64,000 bases of DNA from an uncultured bacterium (GTDB lineage Bacteria; Patescibacteriota; Minisyncoccia; Moranbacterales; UBA2206): assembly GCA_903937035.1 (NCBI GenBank), contig CAIZXS010000017.1, positions 660 through 64,659 of the forward strand, given 5' to 3'. A program made the position numbers and the translations under genes. Positions 10,615-20,330 of this stretch are shown piece after piece; within the stretch, counting starts at the first letter, position 1; every line of letters begins with the position of its first letter. The notes under the pieces were generated by a model. That model was not told where the DNA came from, searched no databases, and was given only the letters and a program-made list of their open reading frames with translations.

Positions 10615-12525
10615 ATGCCAAATATAAATTTCTTCGCCAAAACCAATTATCGCAATCAAGAAAGAGTCTTTGGAATCAAGGAGGATGATCGCCGTCGTCA
10701 CATGTACATGATCGGAAAGACCGGTATGGGGAAGTCTAATTTATTGGAGAATATGGCAATTCAAGATATCCGCAATGGTAAGGGGGTTTGCGTAGTTGAT
10801 CCGCACGGTGAGTTTGCTGAAAAAATGCTTCGAGCTATTCCGGCCAATCGTATTAATGATGTGGTTTATTTTAATCCATCCGACATTGAGTTTCCGGTTG
10901 CTTTTAATATTTTGGAAGCGGTGGACGAAGACAAAAAAAACTTAGTGGCTTCCGGCATGATGGGTGTGTTCAAGAAAATTTGGCCAGACGTTTGGAGTTC
11001 GCGTATGGAGTATATTTTGAACAATGCAATTCTGGCTCTATTGGATTATCCTGGCTCGACACTTTTGGGAGTAAATCGGATGATGAGCGACAAGGATTAT
11101 CGTAAAAGAGTTTACACAAAAATAAAAGACCCGGTGGTGAAAGCCTTTTGGATCAATGAATTTGATAAGTGGGAGGATAAGTTTAGAAAAGAAGCAGTAG
11201 CCGCAATCCAAAACAAAGTGGGGCAATTCTTATCCTATACTCTTGTGCGCCATATCATTGGTCAACCAAAATCAACGATTGATATGCGTGAGATTATGGA
11301 TAATCAAAAAATCTTGATTGTCAATTTGTCGAAGGGGAGAATTGGAGAGGATGCGATGCGACTTTTGGGTGGAATGATAATCACAAAAATTCAGTTAGCT
11401 GCGATGAGTCGTGTGGATATTCCTGAAGAAGAAAGAAAAGACTTTTATCTCTATGTTGATGAATTCCAAAATTTTGCCACGGAATCTTTTTCTAATATTC
11501 TTTCTGAGGCTAGAAAGTATCGGCTATGCCTAATCCTGGCGCATCAATACATTAATCAGTTAGTTTTTGATGGAAATGCTACAGTGAAGGATGCGATTTT
11601 TGGTAATGTAGGAACATTAGTTTCTTTCCGCGTGGGAGCAGAAGACGCCGAGCATTTGGAAAAAGAATTTGACCCAGTGTTCCTCATGAATGACATTGTT
11701 AATCTTTCTAAGTATGATATATATCTCAAATTAATGATTGATGGTATCGCTGGCGATGCTTTTTCAGCGCGAACATTGCCGCCAGCGGACATCTCAGATA
11801 CGAATGATGGCCAAGAGAAGGTGATTGCTGTTTCGCGGGAGCGTTATGGAAAATCTCGGATTGAGGTGGCAGAGAAAATTGCCCGTTGGAGTGGGATGGA
11901 TGTGGGCATTGGATTTGATGAATTTGATTCAACTAGCAATCAACGAGAGAACACTGTCGTGAGAATGGAAAAGAAGCCAACTGTAGCTGAACAGAGAACT
12001 CCAAGATTGACCCAATCTGTGGTGGCAGAGAGAAGGACGTCGGTGATTGAGAGGCGTCCAGAAGCAGTGGCGCGACCAACAATAGCCAATGTGCTTCCTA
12101 ACAGCACGCCGGTCAAGGAAGCTTTGTCAGCTCAAGTTGTGGAGAAGTCTGTGGAATTATTTGAAGCCATTTGTTCTACTTGCGAAGAAACAATAACGGT
12201 GCCATTTCGTCCTGATCCAAATCGAAAAACTTTTTGCAAAGAGTGTCTGCGAGACTATCAACGTGCACGAGCAAAAATTCAACTTGACCAAATTAGTAAA
12301 AACAATGATAATATGGGTATGCGAAGTTATTCCAAGCCTGTCCCATCTGTTCAATCGCAAGTTGAAAATTCTCAATCGGCCGGACTTGTTGCCAGTGACA
12401 AGATAATTAGTCTTTCTCAAATATCTAATATCGCGCCAAAAAAATTCAAAGCCCCTCGAAAAGCTTTGAATATCGATACAGCAGAAATAAGAAATTTAAT
12501 CAATAAAACTAAAAATAATGGGTGA
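10615..12525 (+). CDS. FtsK/HerA/VirD4-superfamily P-loop ATPase (TraD/VirD4-like T4SS coupling-type protein) with C-terminal zinc ribbon
   Basis: Walker A GKTGMGKS; VVDPHGE; Walker B YLYVDEF followed by ARKYR...LAHQ; C-terminal CSTCEE...CKEC ribbon. Confidence 0.7.
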   Translation: MPNINFFAKTNYRNQERVFGIKEDDRRRHMYMIGKTGMGKSNLLENMAIQDIRNGKGVCVVDPHGEFAEKMLRAIPANRINDVVYFNPSDIEFPVAFNILEAVDEDKKNLVASGMMGVFKKIWPDVWSSRMEYILNNAILALLDYPGSTLLGVNRMMSDKDYRKRVYTKIKDPVVKAFWINEFDKWEDKFRKEAVAAIQNKVGQFLSYTLVRHIIGQPKSTIDMREIMDNQKILIVNLSKGRIGEDAMRLLGGMIITKIQLAAMSRVDIPEEERKDFYLYVDEFQNFATESFSNILSEARKYRLCLILAHQYINQLVFDGNATVKDAIFGNVGTLVSFRVGAEDAEHLEKEFDPVFLMNDIVNLSKYDIYLKLMIDGIAGDAFSARTLPPADISDTNDGQEKVIAVSRERYGKSRIEVAEKIARWSGMDVGIGFDEFDSTSNQRENTVVRMEKKPTVAEQRTPRLTQSVVAERRTSVIERRPEAVARPTIANVLPNSTPVKEALSAQVVEKSVELFEAICSTCEETITVPFRPDPNRKTFCKECLRDYQRARAKIQLDQISKNNDNMGMRSYSKPVPSVQSQVENSQSAGLVASDKIISLSQISNIAPKKFKAPRKALNIDTAEIRNLINKTKNNG

Positions 12526-12690
12526 GTTTAGCCTTCAAAAATTCATAGCGTTGCTATTTGTTTTGGTTATGGGTTTTCTTGTTGCATGGGCTTCTTTTTC
12601 TACTGGGACGGATATTGTTCATAATACGCCAAAATCAAAAATTTTTGATTCCGAAAGAAAGGCGCAGGTTGAGATGCAACGAAAATAACC

Positions 12691-13917
12691 ATGAGTCCAA
12701 AGAGTGTTCTCATTGGAATATCTGGTGGCGTTGATTCTTCTGTTTCTGCTGCGCTACTCAAGGACAAAGGCTATGCTGTCAGCGGAGCCTTTTTGCGTTT
12801 TTGGGAGCCCAAAGGGGCTGATAATAAATCTCTGGCGGATGCAAAAGCTGTTTGTCGTATTTTGGGTATCCCCTTGGAAATCATTGAAGCAAGAGGGGCA
12901 TTTGAGAAAACAGTCATTCAATATTTTCTTCGTGAATATGAGGGAGGCAGAACTCCTAATCCCTGCGTTTTTTGTAATGAAAAAATGAAGTTTAAATTAC
13001 TCTTCGAAACGGCTCAAAAATTAGGAATTGAAATGGTTGCCACTGGACATTATGCCCAGGTCCTGCCTACGTCGAGCCTTCCGCCTTCGTTAAAACTTCG
13101 GCAGGCAAGCATGAAACATGAAACATGTAGCATGAAACCTGCCTACGCCTCCTCCTGCGCTAACCTTCTACGTCAAAGTGGTGGTCAAGAAGCTACGGCG
13201 GATAGAGATGCTCCGGCAGGCAAGCATGGGACAGGCAATGCAGAACAGAAAATGTGTTATAAATTATTTCCCGCGAGTGATAAGAAAAAAGACCAATCAT
13301 ATTTTTTATACCGTTTAAAGCAAGAACAATTGGCGAAAATTATTTTTCCACTTGGCGGATATGAAAAAACTGAGGTGCGAAAATTGGCGGAAAAATTTCA
13401 GTTACCGGTTTTTGATAAAAGTGACTCGCAAGATGTGTGTTTTATGGCGAATGGGAATTTAGAGGGATTTTTAAAAAATAAGATTGTCTTGCAATTTGGG
13501 AAAATTGTTGATACTGGTGGGAATCTGATGGGAGAGCATCGCGGGCTTTCTCTCTATACGATCGGACAAAGAAAGGGGATTGAAATTGGCGGCACGGGAC
13601 CATACTTCGTTGTTTCCAAAAACGTGCAGGAAAATATTTTGGTGGTAACTAATGATATCAATCATCCATTAATAGCTCGAAAAAAAATTGAGTTGGATGA
13701 TGTGGTTTGGGCAAGCGCTTTGATGTCGAATTTTCCAGCCTCTGTTCGAGTGAGGACGCGCTATCATAATCCGCTAATACATGCTACAATAGGGAATATT
13801 AGTGATGGACATTGCCAGTTGGAATTTGATTTGGCGCAAAGAGCAATCGCGCCTGGGCAGTCAGTTGTTTTCTATGGAGAGAGCGAAGAGATCTTGGGTG
13901 GTGGAATAATAAAATAA
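12691..13917 (+). CDS. mnmA: tRNA-specific 2-thiouridylase MnmA carrying an in-frame ~180-nt insertion
   Basis: PP-loop SGGVDSS, ATGHY and KDQSYFLY present. About 59 extra residues separate ATGHY from KDQSYF compared with typical MnmA. Confidence 0.88.
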   Translation: MSPKSVLIGISGGVDSSVSAALLKDKGYAVSGAFLRFWEPKGADNKSLADAKAVCRILGIPLEIIEARGAFEKTVIQYFLREYEGGRTPNPCVFCNEKMKFKLLFETAQKLGIEMVATGHYAQVLPTSSLPPSLKLRQASMKHETCSMKPAYASSCANLLRQSGGQEATADRDAPAGKHGTGNAEQKMCYKLFPASDKKKDQSYFLYRLKQEQLAKIIFPLGGYEKTEVRKLAEKFQLPVFDKSDSQDVCFMANGNLEGFLKNKIVLQFGKIVDTGGNLMGEHRGLSLYTIGQRKGIEIGGTGPYFVVSKNVQENILVVTNDINHPLIARKKIELDDVVWASALMSNFPASVRVRTRYHNPLIHATIGNISDGHCQLEFDLAQRAIAPGQSVVFYGESEEILGGGIIK

Positions 13918-13931
13918 TTTTTTTCAAATTT

Positions 13932-14234
13932 ATGTACATGCAAAATTCTTCGAGAGGTGGTAATGCTGATGATGAGAATAGTGCCGATGTTGCTGCGAAG
14001 GAGAGTCAAAAGAGGCGAGTTCAGATGGAGCTATTAATTTTGGATTCAGATAAGCGAAAATTGGCGAATGAAAAAAGTGTCTTGGAGGCGGAGATTCGAA
14101 AATTAAGGCAAGATGGAGAGCGGATTACTCTAATTACGAATAGTAAAAAAGCGCGTTACGATGTTGTCGTGAGAGAGTCTTCGGAAAAAGAGGAGGAATT
14201 GAAGCGACTTAAAAAGAAATTAAATACACTATAA
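13932..14234 (+). CDS. Small coiled-coil protein, hypothetical
   Basis: 100 aa, charged heptad-like sequence. Confidence 0.4.
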   Translation: MYMQNSSRGGNADDENSADVAAKESQKRRVQMELLILDSDKRKLANEKSVLEAEIRKLRQDGERITLITNSKKARYDVVVRESSEKEEELKRLKKKLNTL

Positions 14235-14252
14235 TTATTAAAAATAAAAAAG

Positions 14253-14513
14253 ATGCTTGAATCAAAATTGAAAGATCTCGCCTTGGAAATTTTGGGCGAC
14301 AAAATTACGGATGAGGAGGAGAAAGTCAAAATCTCTGAAGAGTTGCGCTTGCTTGAGCGCGAGCTTAATGACGATATTTCGCGAGTTTTGCGTGAACTGA
14401 GGAGAGATTTGGACGCGAATGCGCTTAGAAATAAATTTAGTTCTGATGATAGAGATGATATTGTCAAAAAAGTCGGGGAAAACATCAAGCGGTCAGAGTA
14501 CGCAGGAGTTTAA
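14253..14513 (+). CDS. Small coiled-coil protein, hypothetical
   Basis: 86 aa, E/K/R-rich. Confidence 0.4.
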   Translation: MLESKLKDLALEILGDKITDEEEKVKISEELRLLERELNDDISRVLRELRRDLDANALRNKFSSDDRDDIVKKVGENIKRSEYAGV

Positions 14514-14548
14514 TGTTTGCAAGCATAAGTACTAAAAAATGAAAAAAT

Positions 14549-16471
14549 ATGTCAAACGAAAATAATTATTCTGAGGAAATAATCTCCAGCCTCAATGTGA
14601 TTAACAGCGCTATCTCAGATTTGAATCAAAAGATAGAGTTGCAAAATGAAAGAATTTTACGCCTAGAAGGTGTCCAGGAAAAAGTGGCAATTGTTCCGCC
14701 GACCTATGTCGCTCCACCAGCGCCAGCTCCAGTTTCTGTTTCTCAGCCGACCTACCAAAATATTGAATCACAACCGACTTTTCAACCTACCCCTAATCAG
14801 AATTTGCCAGTATCTGAAAAATCCAATCTAGAAGAGAATATTGGTGGTAAGTGGTTTGCGAGAATTGGAATGGCTGCGCTTGTTCTTGGGGTATCTTTTT
14901 TTCTTAAATATGCCTTTGATAATAATTGGATTGGAGAGGCTGGTCGGGTGATGATTGGAATTATTGCCGGAATAGCCTTGCTTGGTCTTGGGGAAAAATT
15001 TATTCGGAAATATTTTGTTTATGGTCAACTTATAAGTGGCGGTGGATTGGCCGTGCTGTATCTTTCTATTTTTGTCGCCTTTGATTCATATCATCTAATT
15101 AGTCAAATCCCGGCTTTTTTGATAATGACACTTATCACGGCTGTTGGAATAGTTTTGAGTATTAGATATGATGCTATTTCACTTGTGATTGTTTCGACTC
15201 TTGGTGGTTTTTTAACACCTTTTCTTGTTTCGACAGGAGAAAATAATGAAGTTGAATTATTTTCCTATATTTTAATCCTGGATTTGGCGATTCTCGCGAT
15301 CTCAATGTTTAAAAAATGGAGATGGTTGAATATCTTGGGTTTTTTTGGCACGGTTCTCGTTTTTCTTTCCTGGTCAGGTAGGTTTTACAATGAAGATGAG
15401 CTGTTTGTGACCATGCTATTTTTGACACTATTTTTTATAACCTATTCTATTTCTTCCTTGGTTTATAATCTTGTCAGAAACGAGAAATCTTCCGGAGTGG
15501 AGCAAACGCTTACGTTAATGGCTGGAGTGATATTCTTTGCTTCAAGCTATGCAATGCTTAACCCTAGCTACCATGTGTTTATGGGTTTTTTTGCTTTGAT
15601 TATGGCAATTTATTATTTTCTTTGGGCTTATCTGGTGCGTGCTATCACTCCAGATGATGAAAATTTGTATAGTTTCCTGGCTTTTTTAACGGTTGGTTTT
15701 ATTACTTTGGCGATTCCTTTGCAATTTGAAGGAAAAATAATTTCGATCGGATGGGCGATTGAAGCGGTGATTATGATTATCTTGGGGATTAAGACAGAAA
15801 AGGTTGCTTTCAAGGCATTTGGAACTTTTATGTTTGGATTGGCTACGATGCGCTTGCTTTTCGTTGATTCAGAGCATGGCAATAAGGATATGGTGCTTTT
15901 AAATGAAGTAATGTTTACCTATTTCATTGTAATCATCTTGGCCTATGCATCGGCATATATTTTTCGATTATTTTCCAGTGATACTGAAGAGAAAAATGAT
16001 TTCTTGGCCACAAAACAATTGATTGCACTATTTTTGATTGCAGCTAATTTCTTGACTGTTTTTTCGCTTAGTCGTGAGATAACCTATAAATATGATCAGG
16101 ACAAGCGTGCCTACCAGTTGCAGGAAGAAAAAAGGTATACTGAAAATGTTAGGACAGGCAAGACTCAAGATAGTTCATATATGTATGAAAAACTTGATAA
16201 GATTGACAGTAAGAGCAGTGTCTCTCTTTCTTTGTTTTGGCTTTTTTATGGAATAATTCTCGTGGTGGTTGGTTTTCTCGCTCGCATCAAAGGTGTGCGG
16301 ATTGGAGGACTCTTGCTTTTCACCTTGGCTATTCTTAAACTATTTTTCTATGATCTTTGGAGCATGGGAACGCTTTATCGCATCATATCTTCGATGAGCT
16401 TGGGTGTGGTACTTCTCACAATTTCATTTGCTTATCAGAAATATAAAGATAAGATTAAAGAAATAATCTAA
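14549..16471 (+). CDS. DUF2339-like multi-pass membrane protein
   Basis: N-terminal coiled-coil, a Pro-rich linker, then about 15 TM helices. Confidence 0.6.
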   Translation: MSNENNYSEEIISSLNVINSAISDLNQKIELQNERILRLEGVQEKVAIVPPTYVAPPAPAPVSVSQPTYQNIESQPTFQPTPNQNLPVSEKSNLEENIGGKWFARIGMAALVLGVSFFLKYAFDNNWIGEAGRVMIGIIAGIALLGLGEKFIRKYFVYGQLISGGGLAVLYLSIFVAFDSYHLISQIPAFLIMTLITAVGIVLSIRYDAISLVIVSTLGGFLTPFLVSTGENNEVELFSYILILDLAILAISMFKKWRWLNILGFFGTVLVFLSWSGRFYNEDELFVTMLFLTLFFITYSISSLVYNLVRNEKSSGVEQTLTLMAGVIFFASSYAMLNPSYHVFMGFFALIMAIYYFLWAYLVRAITPDDENLYSFLAFLTVGFITLAIPLQFEGKIISIGWAIEAVIMIILGIKTEKVAFKAFGTFMFGLATMRLLFVDSEHGNKDMVLLNEVMFTYFIVIILAYASAYIFRLFSSDTEEKNDFLATKQLIALFLIAANFLTVFSLSREITYKYDQDKRAYQLQEEKRYTENVRTGKTQDSSYMYEKLDKIDSKSSVSLSLFWLFYGIILVVVGFLARIKGVRIGGLLLFTLAILKLFFYDLWSMGTLYRIISSMSLGVVLLTISFAYQKYKDKIKEII

Positions 16472-16476
16472 ATAAA

Positions 16477-17730
16477 ATGAAAAAACTATTTATTATATTT
16501 GTAGCAATTTTTCTTTTTTCTGCAACTAGCTGCTTAGCAAATTTTGATATCTCCAAATGGAAATATTATAAAGATATTTCAAGCACCGGAGGAAATCTTT
16601 TGAGAGTAACCTTGGATGATAATGTCTTTTCCAGCTCTACGAAAGATTTATCTGATTTAAGAATTATTGATGGGGAAAATAGAGAAGTGCCATTTAAGCT
16701 TGTTTCAGGCAAAGAAAGTTTCAAAAGCGATCGCGTGCCTGTCAAAATGATTAATAACTCCTATATTCCAGGAGAAAATTCTCAGGTTATTTTGGACCTG
16801 GGAACTTCTGGTAGCCTAGTGAATAATCTGACGGTCAGTACGGTCAGCGAAAATTTTCAAAGAAACGTGAAGGTTTATGGCAGTAATGACATGAGCGCTT
16901 GGAATGTGCTTCGAGATAATGGGTATTTTTATGATTTCACTGACAAGAAGGCTAATTTTAAATCGCAAAACACACAAATTTCATTTCCTGACAGCGCCTA
17001 TCATTATATTAAAATTGAAATCGCAGATGATGGTGGAAAGCCTGTTAAAATCATTTCCGTAGAAACGAACAATACTATCGAAGAAAAAACTCGCGGACAT
17101 GAAAGGCATCCTCAGTTTAAATCAATTGAAAAAACGGATAAAAAAATAACTGAGATGGTTGCTGATTTAGGAGTGAGTGGAATCCCGACTGATAGAATGA
17201 ATATTGAATCAAAAAATGTAAATTTCAATAGAGCAATTTTGATTTACGCGAGCAATGATGAAAATGCAAAGGATTGGGATTATCTTGGCCAAGGCTATGT
17301 TTTTCGCTACAACACTCCAAAATTTACCGGAGAAAATGTCACATTGAGTTTTCCCGAGACCACGAAGCGTTATTTAAAGCTGGAGATAAACAATAAAGAT
17401 GATGTGCCGCTTTCTATTTCCGGACTTAGCTCTTTCTCTGTTTATCGTGAAGTAATTTTTCAGACGAATGTTTCGGAAAAATATCGGCTGTTTTATGGTA
17501 ACGCAAAAGCGGATTATCCTCAATATGACTTGGAAAAATATTTTGAGTATCTTGAGCCTGACAAGGCAATGGAGGCGAAAATAACCAACCAAAGAGATAA
17601 TCCTAGCTATATAGCGGAAAAAGAGCCCGAAAAGCCTTTGACCGAAAGAATTCCCTATCTGCTTTCTGGTATTTTGACACTAACCTCACTATTTTTAATT
17701 TTTCTTGTCTTTAAATTTTTGAAAAAATAA
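16477..17730 (+). CDS. Secreted protein with signal peptide and C-terminal TM anchor (DUF3999-like by context)
   Basis: Signal peptide MKKLFIIFVAIFLFSATSCLA and a C-terminal hydrophobic helix; immediately follows the DUF2339-like gene. The DUF assignment is inference. Confidence 0.5.
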   Translation: MKKLFIIFVAIFLFSATSCLANFDISKWKYYKDISSTGGNLLRVTLDDNVFSSSTKDLSDLRIIDGENREVPFKLVSGKESFKSDRVPVKMINNSYIPGENSQVILDLGTSGSLVNNLTVSTVSENFQRNVKVYGSNDMSAWNVLRDNGYFYDFTDKKANFKSQNTQISFPDSAYHYIKIEIADDGGKPVKIISVETNNTIEEKTRGHERHPQFKSIEKTDKKITEMVADLGVSGIPTDRMNIESKNVNFNRAILIYASNDENAKDWDYLGQGYVFRYNTPKFTGENVTLSFPETTKRYLKLEINNKDDVPLSISGLSSFSVYREVIFQTNVSEKYRLFYGNAKADYPQYDLEKYFEYLEPDKAMEAKITNQRDNPSYIAEKEPEKPLTERIPYLLSGILTLTSLFLIFLVFKFLKK

Positions 17731-17799
17731 TTCAGACCCCGGTTTGACTGCCTGTTTAAAGCATTATACAATTCAATGTAGATTGAATTTAAATTTGTA

Positions 17800-19662
17800 A
17801 TGTCAAAAATTATGTTAACTGCGAAAGAACTGCGCCAAAAATATCTCGATTTTTTCAAGAGCAAGGAGCACGCCATTATTCCTTCTGCGCCATTGGTGCC
17901 GGAAAATGATCCGACGACACTTTTCACTGGTTCCGGGATGCAGCCAATGATCACATATCTCATGGGAGAAAGTCATCCTCTTGGGAAGCGCATTGCTGAC
18001 AGTCAAAAGAGTTTCCGTTCAGGCGACATTGAGGATGTGGGCGACAATCGTCACACGACATTTTTTGAGATGCTTGGTAATTGGTCGCTGGGAGATTATT
18101 TCAAAAAGGATCAGATTACTTGGATGTTTGAGTTTCTTACAAAAGAGATTGGGCTCGATCAGAAGAATTTGTATGTGACAGTTTTCCGTGGTGATGAAAG
18201 TCTTAATATCCCACGTGATGACGAGTCAGTTGGAATTTGGAAAGAATTATTCAAGGGTGTCGGAATCGAAGCACAGGATGTCAATTTTGCCGAACGTGAT
18301 GGAATGCAAGATGGCAGAATTTTCTATTATCCAGTGGAAAAAAACTGGTGGAGTCGGGCAGGCGTGCCGGCTAATATGCCGATTGGTGAACCGGGCGGAC
18401 CGGACAGTGAAATGTTTTGGGATTTTGGAGTAGAGCGAGGGATTCATGAAGAATCAGCTTGGAAGGATGAGCCCTGCCATGTCAATTGCGATTGTGGGAG
18501 ATTTATGGAAATCGGCAATAATGTGTTTATGGAATATCTCAAGACCGAGAAAGGCTTTGAGTTTTTGAAACAAAAAAATGTTGACTTTGGTGGTGGGCTA
18601 GAAAGAATTCTTGCGGCATTGAACAATGACCCAGATATTTTTCTCACGGATATTTTTGAGAAAGCTAAGGCAGAAATTGAAAAATTGTCTGGCAAAAAAT
18701 ATGCGGACAACAAAGAAGCATATCGAGTTATTTTAGATCACTTGCGTGCAGCGACATTTCTTATTGGCGACGGTGTTTTGCCAAGCAATAAAGATCAGGG
18801 CTACTTTGTCCGGCGGCTTATCCGCCGCGCAGTGCGCTTCGCACATAAATTAGGAATTGAGAATAATTTCTGCGGAGATGTGGCGAAGATTTTTATTGAG
18901 GATTATAAAAGTGAATATGCTAATCTTGAAACAGATCAAGAAATGATTGTTGCGGAACTAGGAAAGGAAGAAAATAAATTTAGAGAGACACTGGAAAAGG
19001 GCCTTAAAGAATTTGAGAAGTATATACAGATAGATGGAAAGGTTATTTTCAATCTTTATACAACCTATGGGTTTCCCAAAGAATTGATTGCGGAAGAAGC
19101 AAAAGAACGTGGAGTAGAAGTTACAACAGAAAATTGGCAAGAATTTGAAGAACTATTTAAAAAGCATCAAGACCTTTCCCGTACTGCAGCCGAAGGAAAA
19201 TTCAAAGGAGGACTGGCTGATTATAGTGAAAAAACAACTCAGTTTCACACGATTGCTCATCTGATGCTTGCAGGACTGCGAAAAGTTTTAGGAGAAAATG
19301 TTCATCAAAAAGGCTCAAACATCAATGGCGAACGAATTCGTTTTGATTTTTCGCATCCGGACAAAATGACCGATGAACAGAAAAAAGCCGTAGAGGAGTT
19401 TGTGAATGAGGCAATTGAATCCAAGACAGAAGTGGCAATGGAAGAAATGACGCCGGAAGAAGCCAAAAATGCCGGCGCAGAAGGCGAGTTTGGGCATAAA
19501 TATGGCGATCGAGTGAAAGTCTATTCCGTCGGAGAGTATTCCCGCGAAATCTGTGGTGGACCGCACATCAAAAATACAGCTGAAATTCAAGGCAAATTTA
19601 GAATCCAAAAAGAAGAAAGTTCTTCGGCGGGAGTGCGCCGGATTAAGGCGGTGGTGGAATAG
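17800..19662 (+). CDS. alaS: Alanyl-tRNA synthetase, compact form (catalytic, tRNA-recognition and editing domains, no C-Ala)
   Basis: N-terminus ELRQKYLDFFKSKEHAIIPSAPLVPENDPTTLFTGSGMQP; editing motifs HTIAHLM and CGGPH. Confidence 0.85.
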   Translation: MSKIMLTAKELRQKYLDFFKSKEHAIIPSAPLVPENDPTTLFTGSGMQPMITYLMGESHPLGKRIADSQKSFRSGDIEDVGDNRHTTFFEMLGNWSLGDYFKKDQITWMFEFLTKEIGLDQKNLYVTVFRGDESLNIPRDDESVGIWKELFKGVGIEAQDVNFAERDGMQDGRIFYYPVEKNWWSRAGVPANMPIGEPGGPDSEMFWDFGVERGIHEESAWKDEPCHVNCDCGRFMEIGNNVFMEYLKTEKGFEFLKQKNVDFGGGLERILAALNNDPDIFLTDIFEKAKAEIEKLSGKKYADNKEAYRVILDHLRAATFLIGDGVLPSNKDQGYFVRRLIRRAVRFAHKLGIENNFCGDVAKIFIEDYKSEYANLETDQEMIVAELGKEENKFRETLEKGLKEFEKYIQIDGKVIFNLYTTYGFPKELIAEEAKERGVEVTTENWQEFEELFKKHQDLSRTAAEGKFKGGLADYSEKTTQFHTIAHLMLAGLRKVLGENVHQKGSNINGERIRFDFSHPDKMTDEQKKAVEEFVNEAIESKTEVAMEEMTPEEAKNAGAEGEFGHKYGDRVKVYSVGEYSREICGGPHIKNTAEIQGKFRIQKEESSSAGVRRIKAVVE

Positions 19663-19716
19663 AAACAGTGGACAGTAATCAGTGAGCAGGAGTCAGTAAG
19701 GGTGCAGGATGCCTTA

Positions 19717-19744
19717 TTGACAAAGTATTGCGATATGCTAATAT
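19717..19744 (+). promoter_or_regulatory. Candidate sigma-70 promoter (TTGACA-16-TAATAT) inside the alaS 3' spacer
   Basis: Consensus hexamers. Together with the terminator at 19909-19933 they delimit a ~170-nt unit. Confidence 0.3.
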
Positions 19745-19908
19745 TTTGGTATAAATAACACCTCAAGTTTTATGAGTCTAAATCGTCAAGTCAAAACTAA
19801 TAATTGGTCTTCATGCTCCGGATCCGGGTCCCGACTTTTTGTTGGCGAATTTTGGCTTGAAGCGAAGAGGAGAATAGTGCAATAAATTATCCTTCGAAAT
19901 AAACCAAA

Positions 19909-19933
19909 ACCCGCCAACGTGGCGGTTTTTTTA
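19909..19933 (+). terminator. Rho-independent terminator
   Basis: CCGCCAACGTGGCGG hairpin followed by T7. Confidence 0.7.
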
Positions 19934-19982
19934 TTTTGTTCTTTGATTTTTTTAATGAATCTTAAGCATAGGAGGTAGCAAA

Positions 19983-20213
19983 ATGATTATTATTCACATC
20001 ACGAGAGAAATTGGTTATGTTCTCGTCCATGGGGCGAATGGGAGTGAAGGGCTGATTAGAGAGCTTTTTCATCAGCAGGATGTTGAAGATGAAATTGTTC
20101 GAAAATCAATTGAAAGTGGATATCTTTCTCATGAGCGCTTGGAAGAATATCTGTCTGATATGATTCGAGATATTCTGTCAATCGAGGAAAAGGTAAAGGT
20201 AAATGTTTATTGA
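19983..20213 (+). CDS. Small hypothetical protein (76 aa)
   Basis: Strong RBS GGAGG 8 nt upstream; bracketed by terminators. Confidence 0.45.
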   Translation: MIIIHITREIGYVLVHGANGSEGLIRELFHQQDVEDEIVRKSIESGYLSHERLEEYLSDMIRDILSIEEKVKVNVY

Positions 20214-20226
20214 TTCATTGAGGAAT

Positions 20227-20267
20227 AGGGCTAGAACGTCAAAGACGCGCTAGCCCTGTCTTTTTTC
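20227..20267 (+). terminator. Rho-independent terminator
   Basis: AGGGCTAG...CTAGCCCT 8-bp stem followed by T6. Confidence 0.7.
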
Positions 20268-20330
20268 TTGCAATCAGCTTGTTTTAGTGCTAAATTTAGG
20301 TGGTAAGCTAATTTATATTAGAGCAATTTT

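Noticed and set aside
12520-12688. ~56-codon hydrophobic micro-ORF between the ATPase gene and mnmA
   Set aside because: It has a plausible single TM helix but is below the size threshold, overlaps the upstream stop and has no support beyond an open frame.
19671-19700. Similarity of CAGTAATCAG...TCAGTGAGCAG to valS codons at 34488-34520
   Set aside because: Only ~17 matching bases. valS has no extra residues at that site relative to E. coli spacing, so this is probably chance.
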